Below the pieces are notes generated by a model. That model was not told the origin of the DNA and searched no databases. It saw only the letters and a program-made list of their open reading frames with translations. A program made the position numbers and the translations under genes. Shown piece by piece: positions 11,701 to 24,578 of a DNA stretch of 64,000 bases (position 1 is its first letter; every line of letters starts with the position of its first letter). Source of the DNA: Eledone cirrhosa (lineage: Eukaryota); contig OZ024741.1 of assembly GCA_964016885.1 (NCBI GenBank), positions 355,880,001-355,944,000 of the forward strand, given 5' to 3'.

Positions 11701-14166
11701 AACTTATACTAGCCTTATCTAGTTCTCTGCAGAATACCCTATCTAGATACGATCTGGATGACACGATACGGTTTGTCCATGTCCACATTGGCACATTCGG
11801 GTGATCCAGTCGATACCTGTCAGACAGTTCAAAACGTCTGAGCAGGTTGGTGAGGCTCTTGCACCCTCCTCCCCTATCCACTAGCGCCACACGATCCCAG
11901 TGTGCATCCAAGATACCGTTCCAGTCACCCACTAACACTAAAGAGCGGGACGTTCCAAGGAAGGTCTCTAGACGTCTGAAGAAATCTGGCCGTCCTGCTC
12001 CTATTGGGGCGTAGACGGCTACTAGCCTGAAAGCATTGCCTTCGCTGCCGGTCACGTCCAGCACCACCGACTTACCTTCTGGGTCCAGGAAGATGGCCCG
12101 TATCGCGAGATCCAAGTCTCTCCGAAAAAGGACGGCCACCCCTCCCCCCGATCCTGGACGGCTGGGAGATGCGTATACATCGTAGCCGCCGAAGATCGGT
12201 GCGAAGGCCCGTGCCTCGGAGATTCTGGTTTCACTGATGGCTACCACATCTATGTTTAGTGACCTGAGGTCATTGAGCAGGTGACCCTGCTTCCAAGATG
12301 ACCCCAGGCCACGTGCATTTATACTGCTTATTCTGAGTACAGCCATGTTGGATGAGAAACGGGGCAAATGTGAAAGGGTCACTTACCTTGTTCGTGTGGT
12401 GAAGGGACAGTAGAACCGTCCCTTTCGCTGGTCATGGGTGTTTCCAAGTGGATGTCAGTGTATATCCTCTTGGTAACCGTCCCTCTGAAGTCTCCAACTG
12501 CGTTGGGGAATTTTTGTTTTAAAGGTTTGTACTGTTCTATTGAGATTTCAATCATGCTTATGTTTGTCGGGAGAGTTCTTGGTGTTGGTGGGGTGTAGTA
12601 GTTTTTTTTCGTGATGTCTGTGTGCTGCTTTATATATTTTATGAGTTCTTTTTTTGCTATGTTTATGGCTGTGTACTTTTTGGGGGGAGGGGTGATTTTG
12701 TTGCTGTTTGGTGTGTGTGTCTTGTTGTGTTTGCGTTGTTGGTGTTTGTGGTGGTGTTGCTGCAAGTTCCTTGCTGCCTTTACCCCTCTTTGTATGCCTT
12801 CGCTTTTGGAGGGTGAATCTAAGGCTTTTTTTGTTTTTTGTTTTTTGTGGCAGACTGTTTGCCACGTCACTCCCGCCTCAAACTCCATGTCGGATTCTGT
12901 GGCGTCTGGGAGGGGTATGTGCTCCACGGCTGTTGGTGGTGGTAATGTATCCCTCTTCGGCAATTTTGTTGCTGGTGTAGCTACTTCAAATGTAGCTATT
13001 GGTGTTGCCGTCACTGATGCTGCTGCTTTAGTTGTCCGTTGCCTTGGTACGGGTGCCACGCACGTTGCCCTCCTACTCACCGTGGAAGGGGCTTCTGCGT
13101 TTGTTGTCTGACCTGCTCTTGGTAGCAGCGGACCAGGTATTGGAAGGAGAGGGGCCCTTTTCGGTGTCTTCTGCGGGCAAAAGACCCTTCGACCCACAGA
13201 GATAACATTTTGGCCGTCTTCCTTCTACACTTATAGGGAGTTGGAGTCCTTCCTCAAAGTCTATGATATCGGGGATAGCCTCGATACATTCCTGGTCAGT
13301 TTGTATAAGCATTTGCATGCCTATACATGACCAGTTCTCTCTCCCTATTTTTTCTACTTGCAGCATGGTCGCCCTGTTCTCAATTCCAGCAAGGACAGAC
13401 GCGGCCATCTCCTCCTCTGTGACTAACACTGTCTCGATATTTCGGGCGACACCTGCAAAAGAAGTGGTCCCTTTTTCCGCAGCACCACTATTGCTGCCAT
13501 TACTGGTCTTACAGGTGGTGCTGAGGTCGCTATAACAGGTATCGGTGTCATTGTTGTTTTTTCGCTGGTACAGTTGTTGGTGTTGTTTACGTTGATACTG
13601 TTGCTGCTGTTACTGTTATTGTGGCTGTTGTTATTATTGTTGTTTTTGTTGATACTGTTCCTACTATTATTGTTGTTGTGGCTGTTGTTATTGTCATTGT
13701 TATTGTCGTTCTCGACCTTACCGCTGTTATTTTTGTTATTGTCGTTCTCGACTTTACCGCTGTTATTTTTGGTGTTGTTGTTGTTATTGATGGTGTTGTT
13801 GTTGGTGATGTTGTTGGGGTTATTGTTGGTGTTGTTTGTGTTAGAAATAGTTGGTAATTTTAAATCTGTAACAATCTTTTTTTCGTTTGTAATATTTTTG
13901 TTTATATTTACCTCCGCTGGAACGCTGTCTGGTTGACATGCTGATAAAATCTCCCTCTCTCTGTGTTGTCTGACAGCGCTCTCTGTCTCTTTGTGTTATC
14001 CATGTTGAAATTAAAAAAAAAAAATATTTTTACAGTGAACCACTATATTAGGTGGGTCACTTCTAAACTTTTATCAAATTTAAAACTTGAATAAAAGGTT
14101 TAGAACGGTTGAAAAAGAGGTAAAACGTTGAAAAAGACTGGAGGCGATAAGAAGCGTGGCTTCACC
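8733..14166 (-). mobile_element. L1/Tx1-type non-LTR retrotransposon T1, full-length degenerate
   Basis: ORF1 about 13940-12379 (VEGRRPKCYLC, internal deletion near 13420). ORF2 12346-9026 has APE (SINARGL, SET, VYAP, GDWN, LDR, TDH), RT (FRPITLLN, SKAFDRVDH, YADD) and CPRC..H..C. Sense 3' end is AATAAAGAAATC then (ATT)n. Confidence 0.92.
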
Positions 14167-14173
14167 AACAACA

Positions 14174-14234
<61 letters not shown>

Positions 14235-14250
14235 GAAGAAGAAGAAGAAG
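14167..14250. repeat. (TAA)n then (GAA)n linker
   Basis: Read directly. Confidence 0.9.
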
Positions 14251-15346
14251 AAATGGATAGGAAGACTAGGAAGCTATTGACTATCTACAACATGTTCCAC
14301 AAGAGGAGTGATGTCGATAGACTCTACCTAAGGAGATCTGAGGGTGGAAGAGGTCTTATCAGCATAGAGGACTGTGTTCAGATGGAGAAAAACAACCTAT
14401 ACAAATACGTGACCTATAGTAAGGAGCCAATGCTCAGAACTGTACTGAAGGAGGGGACAGTAGGCCAGGGGATGTCCAAGGAGGAAATAACATCAAGGAG
14501 GAAGAGCAGCCTTAAGGGAAAATCCCTTCATAGTACCTTCTTTGAGAAAACTGAATTTAGAGATCCACAGACATGGAACTGGTTGAGAAGAGGAGACCTC
14601 AAAAAGGCTACAGAAGGAATGCTAATGGCTGCGCAGGAGCAGGCCCTCAAAACGAAGTGGTTGAAGCACCATATTTACAAGGAGGAGGCTAGCCCACTGT
14701 GCAGGATCTGTGGAGAGAGAGAGGAGACTGTGGCTCACATTGTGTCCGAGTGTAAACACCTAGCCCAGACCAACTATAAGGGCTGGAGACACGATGTGAT
14801 GGGCAGGGTGATCCACTGGCACCTGTGCAAAGTAAACAATTTACCACATTCTGAGAAGTGGTATGAGCATAGGCCAGAGGCGGTGATGGAGAACAATCAG
14901 GTGAAGGTGCTGTGGGATTTTAGGATACAGACGGACAAAAAACTGGAACACAATAAACCTGACCTGGTGGTTGTGGACAAAGAAAAAAGATCGTGTCTGA
15001 TTGTGGATGTGGCCTGCCCTTTCGACACGAGAGTGCAAGAGAAGGAGAGGGAGAAAATTAACCGATACCAGGACTTAAAGTGGGAGGTGAAAAGGATTTG
15101 GAACTGCCATGAAGTCAAAGTGATCCCGATTGTCATAGGCGCACTGGGGACTATCTCCAAAAGTTTCCAGGGATGGTTAAAGAAAATCGGCCCCTTCACG
15201 CTTTTTGGAACGCTTCAAAAGGCATGCTTGCTTGGAACAGCAAGAACCCGCTGATACGTCCTGAATATCTGAGGCTGCAGGTAGTGGCTTGATATTCATT
15301 CCAACGGACTTTCCAGTTAACCAACATCAATGACTGAGATTCAAGG
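14246..15346 (+). mobile_element. Dong-like family B (B1 subtype), 5'-truncated
   Basis: ORF 14253-15254: GGRGL, CRICGEREETVAHIVSEC, RHD, KPDLVV..IVDVACP. Near-identical to the C-terminal part of 54785-58177; ends in (CAA/TAA)n. Confidence 0.92.
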
Positions 15347-15358
15347 AATAACAACAAC

Positions 15359-15409
<51 letters not shown>

Positions 15410-15411
<2 letters not shown>

Positions 15412-17064
15412 CAATTGCAAGGGCTATTATCCACTGTGGAGCAGTTCAGTGATGACATTAAAATGGAGTTTGGACTAGATAAATGCGCCAAAGCAACGTT
15501 CACCAGAGGAAAGCTGCTGAAGAGTTCAGACATTAATCTTGATCGGGGGAACGTGATAAGAGAACTTGATCAAGAAAAAACTTACAAATATCTAGGTGTT
15601 TGTGAAGGAGACGGAATCAAGCACTTGACAATGAGGGAAAGGATAAGGAAGGAATGTTACCGCAGAGTAAGAGCAATCTTAAGAACGGAATTGAATGCAA
15701 GGAATAGGATCGATGCCATAAACACGCTTGCCATACCAGTAGTAACCTACAGTTACAATGTCATCAACTGGTCAAGCACAGAGATCCGTAGGCTCGATAC
15801 AAAAATTCGAAAATTCTTAACCATGCACAGAATGCATCACCCTAAGGCAGATATAGATAGAATATATCTCCCTAGGAAAGAAGGAGGACGTGGGTTAATC
15901 CAGTTAGATTTTGCGTTGAAAACTGCAACAATTGGATTATCTACATATCTAAGGGAATCACATGATTGGATGATCAAACTCGTTTTGAAACACGAAAGCA
16001 TCAAAAGATCATATTCCATTACAAAAGATGCACAAAGATACAGTAATGGACTACACATTTCAGAAGTCCCATTTACTGCTGAAATGGAAAACACAGAAAA
16101 AGCAAAGCAGGTAAAAGTAACTGCAAAGAAAGAACTGCTACAGAAACTGCGTAAGAAATGGCAAGAAAAGCCTCTGTATGGAAAATACCCAGAGCGAGCT
16201 AACAATCCTGATGTTGACAAAACTTTAACCCATCAGTGGTTGGCATCCTCTGGACTGAAATCGGAGACTGAAGGACTGATTATATCAGCACAAGATCAGT
16301 GTCTGCCAACAAAAAATTACCAAGCCAGCATAATAAAAAATGGGTGCAGCCCATTATGCCGTGTATGCAAAAAACAACCAGAGACCATTGACCATATAAT
16401 TTCAATGTGCAGTCCTATAGCTCCAACCGAATACCTAAACAGGCATGACAGAGCTGCACAATACATACATTGGATAATGTGTAAGCATTTTGACCTGCCC
16501 CATCAAAAGAATTGGTGGGAACATCAACCACCTCCCATACTTGAAAAAGATCACATCTCAATCTTGTGGAACTTTAGCATCCAAACAGACCGAAAAATAG
16601 ATGCAAATAGACCTGATATAATATTGAAGGACTTTCAAAGGAGGGTATGCCTGCTAATTGATATGTCTGTTCCAATAGACAAGAATGTATCTACAAAAAC
16701 ATTTGAAAAATTGAGCAAGTATAAGGACCTGGAGATAGAAATTGGAAAAATGTGGAAATTGAGAACTAAAACAATACCAGTGGTTGTAGGCGCTCTGGGA
16801 ATGATACCTAAGGGGTCTAACGACTACTTATCGCAAATCCCATGAAACCCGCGTATAGGAGAAATACAAAAGATAGTACTAATGGGAACTGCCCATATAC
16901 TAAGGAAGATCCTGTCAATATAAGTACATCACAAGTCTAAACACTAAGGATGCATGTGTGAATATGTATGTTCTTTCTTGAACATGGCGGACCTTGTTGT
17001 CTCTTAAGGTCACTGGTTGTGACTTGGTGATAACTCGTATGAACATAAAGCAAGATAATGCAAC
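15410..17064 (+). mobile_element. Dong-like family A, 5'-truncated
   Basis: ORF 15415-16845 near-identical to 7017-8548 but retains CRVC..ETIDHIISMC and RHD; family A 3' UTR then (TAA)n. Confidence 0.92.
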
Positions 17065-17086
17065 TATAATAATAATAATAATAATA

Positions 17087-18795
17087 ATGAAGTCCTGGGA
17101 AACACAGTTAACATCAGCTGGAGAATCCTTGGGAGGCGTGAAGATAAAGAGAGATATCTTCCAGGGAGATAGTCTATCCCCTCTGTTGTTTGTCCTTGCC
17201 CTGATGCCCCTGACCATTATACTGCGAAAAGTGAGAGCAGGATACAAGTTGGGAAAGGGAGAGCTTACCATCAATCACCTCCTCTTCATGGACGATCTTA
17301 AGCTCTTCGGGAAGAGTGAGAAGGAGTTGGATGTGCTTGTTGACACTGTCCGTATTTTCAGCAATGATATATGTATGCAATTTGGTATTAGTAAGTGTGG
17401 TGTCCTTGTGATGAAGAGGGGTAAATTGAGCAGAAGCAACGGAATCCAGGTACCAACAGGTGAGATGATAAAGGAAATTGACACTGAAGAAGGATACAAA
17501 TATTTGGGTGTTCTGGAGGTTGATGACATCAAGAACAAAAAAATGAAGGAATTGATAAGATCTGAATACATTCGGAGAGTAAGGAGCGTATTAAAGTCAC
17601 ATCTGAACAGTAGGAATGCCATAAGTGCAGTAAATTCCCGAGCTGTGTCTATTATTAGGTACAGTGCGGGAATTCTGAGATGGAATCTTGCTGAACAAAA
17701 AGAAAGGGATAGGAAGATTAGGAAGCTATTGACTATCTACAACATGTTCCACAAGAGGAGTGATGTCGATAGACTCTACTTAAGGATATCTGAAGGTGGA
17801 AGAGGTCTTATCAGCATAGAAGACTGTGTTCAGATGGAGAAAAACAACCTACACATATACGTGACTGATAGTAAGGAGCCAATGCCCAGAATTGTATTCA
17901 AGGAGAGGACAATAGACCAGGGGATGTCCAAGGAGGAAATAACAAGAAGGAGAAAGAGCAGCCTTCATGAAAAATCCCTTCATAGTACCTTCTTTGAGAA
18001 AACTGAATTCAGAGATCCACAGACATGGAACTGGTTGAAAAGAGGAGACCTTAAAAAGGCTACAGAAGGAATGTTGATGGCTGCGCAAGAGCAGGACCTC
18101 AAAACGAAGTGGTTGAAACACCATATTTACAAGAAGGAGGCTAGCCCACTGTGCAGGATCTGTGGAGAGAGGAGACTGTGGCTCACATTGTATCCGAGTG
18201 TAAACACCTAGCCCAGACTCACTATAAAGGCTGGAGACATGATGTGATGGGCAGGGTGATCCACTGGCACCTATGCAAAGTAAACAATTTACCACATTCT
18301 GAGAAGTGGTATGAGCATAAGCCAGAGTCGGTGATAGAAAACGATCAGGTGAAGGTGCTGTGGGATTTGAGGATACAGACGGACAAGAAACTGGAACACA
18401 ATAGACCTGACCTGGTGGTTGTGGACAAAGAAAAAAGATCGTGCCTGATTGTGGATGTGGCCTGCCCATTCGACACGAGAGTGCAAGAAAAGGAGAGGGA
18501 GAAAATTAACCGATACCAGGACTTAAAGTGGGAGGTAAAAAGGATTTGGAACTGCCATGAAGTCAAAGTGGTCCCGATTGTCATAGGCGCACTAGGTACT
18601 ATCTCAAAAGGTTTCCAGGGATGGTTAAGGAAAATTGGCCACGCCACGCTTTTTGGAACGCTTCTAAAGGCATGCTTGCTGGGAACAGCAAGAACCCTCC
18701 GATACGTCCTGAATATCTGAGGCTGCAGGTAGTGGCTTGATATTCATTTCAACAAACTTCCCAGTTAACTAACATCAATGACTGAGCCTCAAAGA
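17087..18795 (+). mobile_element. Dong-like family B (B2 subtype), 5'-truncated
   Basis: FQGDSLSP, FMDDLKL, YKYLG, CCHC and RPD..DVACP across ORFs 16994-18211 and 18151-18720; flanked by (TAA)n. Confidence 0.92.
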
Positions 18796-18818
18796 ATAAT
18801 AATAATAATAATAATAAT

Positions 18819-21800
18819 GTTTTCTTTATTAACCACAAGGATTTACATAAAGTAGACATTAAGGACAGTACAGGACAATACAGGACGGTACAAATGGGCA
18901 TTTCTGCGTGTAAAAAAACAGAGGATGTAATAAAAAAATAACAATGAAAAATTCCCCAATAGGGGGGAGACTTCCGAGGGACATTTGTGGAGAAAGCCCA
19001 TTAAAAAGGCCACAGTGACCCTGACCACCAGGGCAAGTGCCCTCTCCCAGTTTTCCACCTTTAATTTACAGACACATTCTCAGAGTAGGCCCATTCACTC
19101 GGGCCATACTTGCTTCTCTCACCCATCTTTCAACAAAATGCTGGGAAGAGAGTACTTCCCACTCTACCCTAATTTTCCTTTTCAAATGAAATTGAAAAAG
19201 TTAATCAGGGCATCACCGAAGAGGTAAGTGCTCGTCTTCAGCCCTTTCAAACGTGTCCACCATACTATCTCTTTCGCCATGGCCACCAGACAGATAAAAA
19301 ATGCCTGCCCTTCCCGGCTAAAGGAAGAGGGCGGGGCAATCATCACGATGGACTCAGCTACACGCGACAGCAGGTGTTCGATATAAACCCACAAGTCAAC
19401 AATTCTCGGACACTGGACGAGTGCGTGCAGGACGGTTTCGTCGCCCTGCGCGCATCTCGGACATGCCCGGCTGACGGCACCTCCATGCCTGTAGAGTTTA
19501 TCCCGAATTGGCAAGGCTCCTCGGTAGCACTGCCAGGCCAGGGATTTTTGGAAGTTGTACGTAGGCCCCGGCCCGAAAGTTCTTCCGAAGAGATTGGCGA
19601 GTTGATTTTCGTCGAGGCCCCAAGTACGCCGTCGCTCTTCCCCTCCACTAATCCTCTATAGAACGCCAAGGTGGAGTTTCCACCGATCACAAAACCCGAT
19701 TGGTAGAGGGATGTGAGCGCCTGAAGACATTCCAGTCTCCAAGCGCTCCCTCTCGGTCTTCGCTTGACCCAGGACTGCAGCTCCGTCAAGGAAACCAGCT
19801 GTGGAAAGACACGTCTAGCAAACGGCGACCGCACCTGATCACCGTCGAGGAAGAGGTAGAGATGCCGTAGCCTGAGCGCGTGTCCGCGCATCATCAGCCA
19901 CGGCATGCCCAGCCCTCTACGTAGCGGGTGTTGACAACAGATGGACCGTCTGACGATCGGAGCGCGTCCCTTTCACAAAAAGCGAAGGAGCAAACGCTCC
20001 AGCGCAGTCAGGCGGGGCTTAGGACAAGGTACGACGGTCAGGCGGTAGCAGATGACGGACGCGATGTATGCGTTAGCCACCTCCGCTCGACCTTTCAGGG
20101 ATAGCTTCCTCTCCGCCCATTTCTGAGCGAGAGAAGCCACCCTGCTCGTCACCTCGTCCCAGATTTTGTCCGTCTGGAGGTCCGGACCGAACCAGATCCC
20201 GAGCAATTTAACCGGTACGTCCGCAGGCCCACTGACTTTTCCTGGTTGATCATTGCTCCTGTCACCGCTTCGTATTCTCTTAGTGTAGTGCCGATCGCCT
20301 CGATGTGTTTGGCGTTCGACACCACTACGGTGACATCGTCGGCATATGCTGACACGGATCTTCAGCATCCTAGTTCGCGCGGGACGCCCCTCAACATCTC
20401 CAGTTTGTGCAGTAATGGCTCGGGAGTCAATACGTACAAGAGGGACGAGAGGGGACATCCTTGGCGGACCGAGCGCATGATGTTGAACAGTTCCGAAAGG
20501 TGACCGTTCACTCTCACCACGGAGCAGATGTTGCTGTGCATGGCAGCGATCCACCCTCTGAAGACAGGTCCAAAGCCAGCCACCTTTAGGACTGCCGCTA
20601 GGTAACGATGGTCGACCCTATCGAAAGCTTTCGACTGATCTAAATTGATCAAGGACCCACCCGTGCCAGGTTCCCTAGCTACCCTCTCTACGATGTATCG
20701 CATGAGCTGGAGGTTGTCGTGGATGGATCTGTCGGGAATGGCGCATGGCTGCGCCTCTCCCACCAGACCACCAACGACAAGCGCCAACTTCTTTGCTAGC
20801 ACCTTGGCCAACATCTTGAACTCTGTGTTTAGCAGAGTTATGGGCTTAAAATTATCTCTGTTATCCCCCTTGTTCGGATCCTTTCTCAGCAGCGCCACAG
20901 CTCATCGGCTCACAGAGCTGGGAATTCTCCCGTTCTGTTGTCAGTTGCAGTAGACGTCCGCCAAGAGGCCTCCGAACAAGTCTGGCATCTGTACGTAAAG
21001 TTCATAGGGCAGACCATCCAAACCAGGCGATTTACCCCTTGTGCAGCCAGTCATTGCCTCCCGTACTTCAGCGGCTGTTATCGGCTTTTCGCAACACTCC
21101 GCCTCAGTGGCCGAGAGCCGCGGCAGTCCGTCGAGGTCGACACTAAAGTCCATCCCTCGACCCGGCCCACCGCTGCTCCCGAACAGCTGAGCGAAGTGTC
21201 GCTGAAAAGCTTCACACATTTTCCCGGCATCGAGTAGCATGCGCCCGTCGTGGTCCACCAAAGACCGGATCGTGGCTTTGTTGCCACGACGCGCCTCCGC
21301 CACTCGGGCCCATTGAACGGCTTTCGTCCCCTCGTGTCTGAGAGCACGCACCCTAGCTCTGACAACGCAGCCTTCGTGCTTTGCATTGAAGAATTGGTCA
21401 AGGGCCAATTTCGCCGCAAGTACGTAGGTCGCAATGCCTTTGCTAAGCGCCTCGTCTAATTTTCTAACTAGTTCTCCCTCTGCTCTATTTTTCTCTATTG
21501 CTAAAGCCTTACTAAACCTAATGGACTCTATTCTAATCACTCTTTTCAGAGCAAACCACCACTTGTTGTTGACGATGGCCCCCGTCAACGCCCGCTTAAC
21601 TAGTTCGCTAATCCGGTCTCTGTAGGCCTTGCGCGCTGGTAAGGACGCGTTTAGTTTCCAGTAGCCGGGTCCTCGTCTATGAAGCCTATCTAAGTCAAGT
21701 ACACAGATCACGAATTTGTGATCCGTGTAGCTGACTATCTTGAATTGCGGACAGCCTATGCTAGACCTATCTATTTCCCTACAAAATACTCTATCTAGAT

Positions 21801-24551
21801 ATGATCTGGATGACCCTATGCGATTTGTCCAAGTCCACATTGGTACATTCGGGAATTCCAATCGATACCTGTCAGACAGTTCAAAACGCCTGAGCAGGTT
21901 GGTGAGGCTCTTGCACCTTCCTCCACTATCCGCTAATCCCACACAGTCCCAGAGTGCATCTAAGATCCCGTTCCAGTCGCCCACTAAAACTAAAGAGCGG
22001 GACGTTTCAAGAAAGATCTCCAGACGCCGGAAGAAATCAGGCCGCCCTGCTCCTGTCGGGGCATAGACGGCCAATAGCCTGAAAGCTCGCCCGTCTCCGA
22101 TGGTTACGTCCAGCACTACCAACTTACCTTCTGGGTCCAGGAAGATGGCCCGTATGGCGAGATCCAAAACTCTCCGAAAAAGCACAGCAACTTCTCCCCC
22201 CGATCCAGGACGGCTGAGAGATGCGTACACATTGTAGCCGCCGAAGATCGGTGCGAAGGCCCGTGCTTCGGAGATTCTGGTCTCGCTGATGGCCACTACA
22301 TCTATGTTTAGTGACCTGAGGTCGTTGAGCAGGTGGCCCTGCTTCCATGACGACCCCAAGCCACGCGCATTTATGCTGCCTATTCTGAGTGAGGTCATGT
22401 TGAAATGGAGTGGAAAAGATGGGAAAGACCACTTACCTTACTTGTCGTAGAGGAAGGATGGTTTCTCCATCCTTTTCACTGCTTGTGGCCTCCTCTGGAA
22501 GGATGTCCTTATAAATCCTCCTGGAGAGTGCTCGTCGGAGGTCTCCGATGTCTTTGGGGAATTTTTGTTTTAGTGTCGTGTACGTTTTCTGTGTGATGCG
22601 AGTGATTTGTATGTGTGGAGGTGGTGTGAACTTTTGGGTTGTTGTGTAGTCTTTTTCTGTGATGCTGGTGTTGTGTTGGATGTAGTGTAATAATTGGTTG
22701 TTGTTCAAATGTAATGCTGTGCAGTGTGTATCATTTTGGTTGTTTTGTTTTGTTTGCGTTTGTTGTGGGTTTGTTTCTGTTTCGCTTTTTGGTGACTTTT
22801 GTGGTGTTGGTGATGGTGGTGTTGGGGTTAATGATGGTGATGGTGTTGGTGTTTGTGGTGATGGGTTTGGTGATGCTGGTGTGGATGGTGGCATATCTGT
22901 CCTAATTTTTTTGTTTCTTAATTTATTTGTTTCCCTCTGTATTTTGTTTTTGGAGGGGGAAGGAAGAGAATTTTTTCTTTTTTGGTTTCTTTTTTTTTCC
23001 GGATATCGTTTCCCACTCCTCGTCGTCACAATCTGTCTCCAGTTGCGATAGTTCGGGGAGTGGAAAATCCTCCACAGGCGTTGGTTTTGGTTGTGGCGTG
23101 GTGGATGGTGTAGTCGCTGGTGCTAGTTCTGGCGCGTTGGGTGGTGGTGATGTTGGTTTTGCTACTGTTGCTGGCGTTGTTGCTGTTACAGTTGCTTCCG
23201 TTGCTGCTGCTACATTTGTTGCTGCCATTTCTGCCACTGGTGGTGTTGATGGTTGAGTCACTGGGGTGGGTAAGAGAGGTGGCCTCAACCTTTTAGCCTG
23301 AGGTCAGAAAGCCCATAGGTGGGTTCCTTCACCACAAACGACACACCTAGGCCTTCTGCCCTCGACGATTACGGTGAGGTTGCTGCCGTCAGTGAGGTCT
23401 ACTACCTCTGGGATCTCCTCAATGCTTTTTTGGTCCGCTTGGATCAGGAGCTCCATCCCAGATCCGGACCAGTCCTGCTTTTCTTTTGCTATTTCGATTA
23501 TCTTGGTGTTGGCTTCGATGCCGGCGAGGACGGCAGCCATTAGCCAGGGAATTTCGATGGCCGGTGGAACGTGGGTCACTCTGATCTTCACGAGTCTCTG
23601 GCCACAATAGCTTGGGACGAGTGTGAAGTCGTCACTTCTTAATAGGGCCATGGAGTGTTCTCTGGCCTCCTGTGGTGTTTCAAAGAACACGTCCACGGTT
23701 CCATATTTCTGCCCACGTCTGATGTGGGTCTTTTTTGCCCACACATGTCTCAAATTTTTTGGATTTGGGACTCGGATGCCCGTTCCACTCGGCGCGATTT
23801 TATGTTAATCGTCCGATAAGACACGGTGCATAGGCGCCGATGCTCCATTTTATTAGGTGGGGGAGGCTGACCCTGTACCCATGTTTCTTTACCATTTGTT
23901 TGGCTTCTTCTAATTCCTCCTGAGTTACCTGGAATGCTTCGCACTTTTTGCTACTCTCGCAAAAGCAGAGTAGTTTTCTTAATTTCATTGTTGCTGTTGT
24001 TGTTATCGTTATTTTTGTTATTGTTAATTTTAGTTTCAGTTGTGGTGGTGGTGGCGTCAGTGGTGTTCGGTGTGGAAGAATTCATTTTAGTTGAATTCAT
24101 TTTGATATCACGAGTTAATTAATTTTTTTCTTTTGTTTCTGTTGTCGCTGTGGTGGTGGTGGCGGCTTTAACACCAGCAGTCATTGGTAATGGCGGGAAA
24201 TGAATGTCTGCCTGAGACAAATTTAAAATATTGCTATTGCTTATATTTTTAGTGTTGGCAAACGTAGTAATATTTACAATAGTGGTGTCGGTGTGAGTTG
24301 TTAGTTTTTGAGGAAGGTGTGATTCTGAGTCGTCCATGATTTTTCAAAGAAAAAATTTTGTTTGATAATTATAAAAGTTTAAATTTTGGGCTCAAGGGTG
24401 TCATCTTTTTGGGTGTCCTTTTCAGATAACAATGTATGTGCACTTATATACAGTTAACAATAAAAAATTTCCATAAATGGCAATTTTAAACAACTGAAAA
24501 TAACAAACATTTGCGGAGCTCACGATGATACAATTTACTACGTAGGTCGCC
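18819..24551 (-). mobile_element. L1/Tx1-type element T2, full-length degenerate
   Basis: ORF1 fragments 24337-22433 (VEGRRPRCVVCGEGTH); ORF2 from 22398 (APE, RT YADD, zinc finger) with stops and frameshifts; AATAAAGAAAAC-(ATT)n 3' end; 5' end ATT|GGCGACC. Confidence 0.92.
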
Positions 24552-24578
24552 AATAATAATAATAATAATGATAATAAT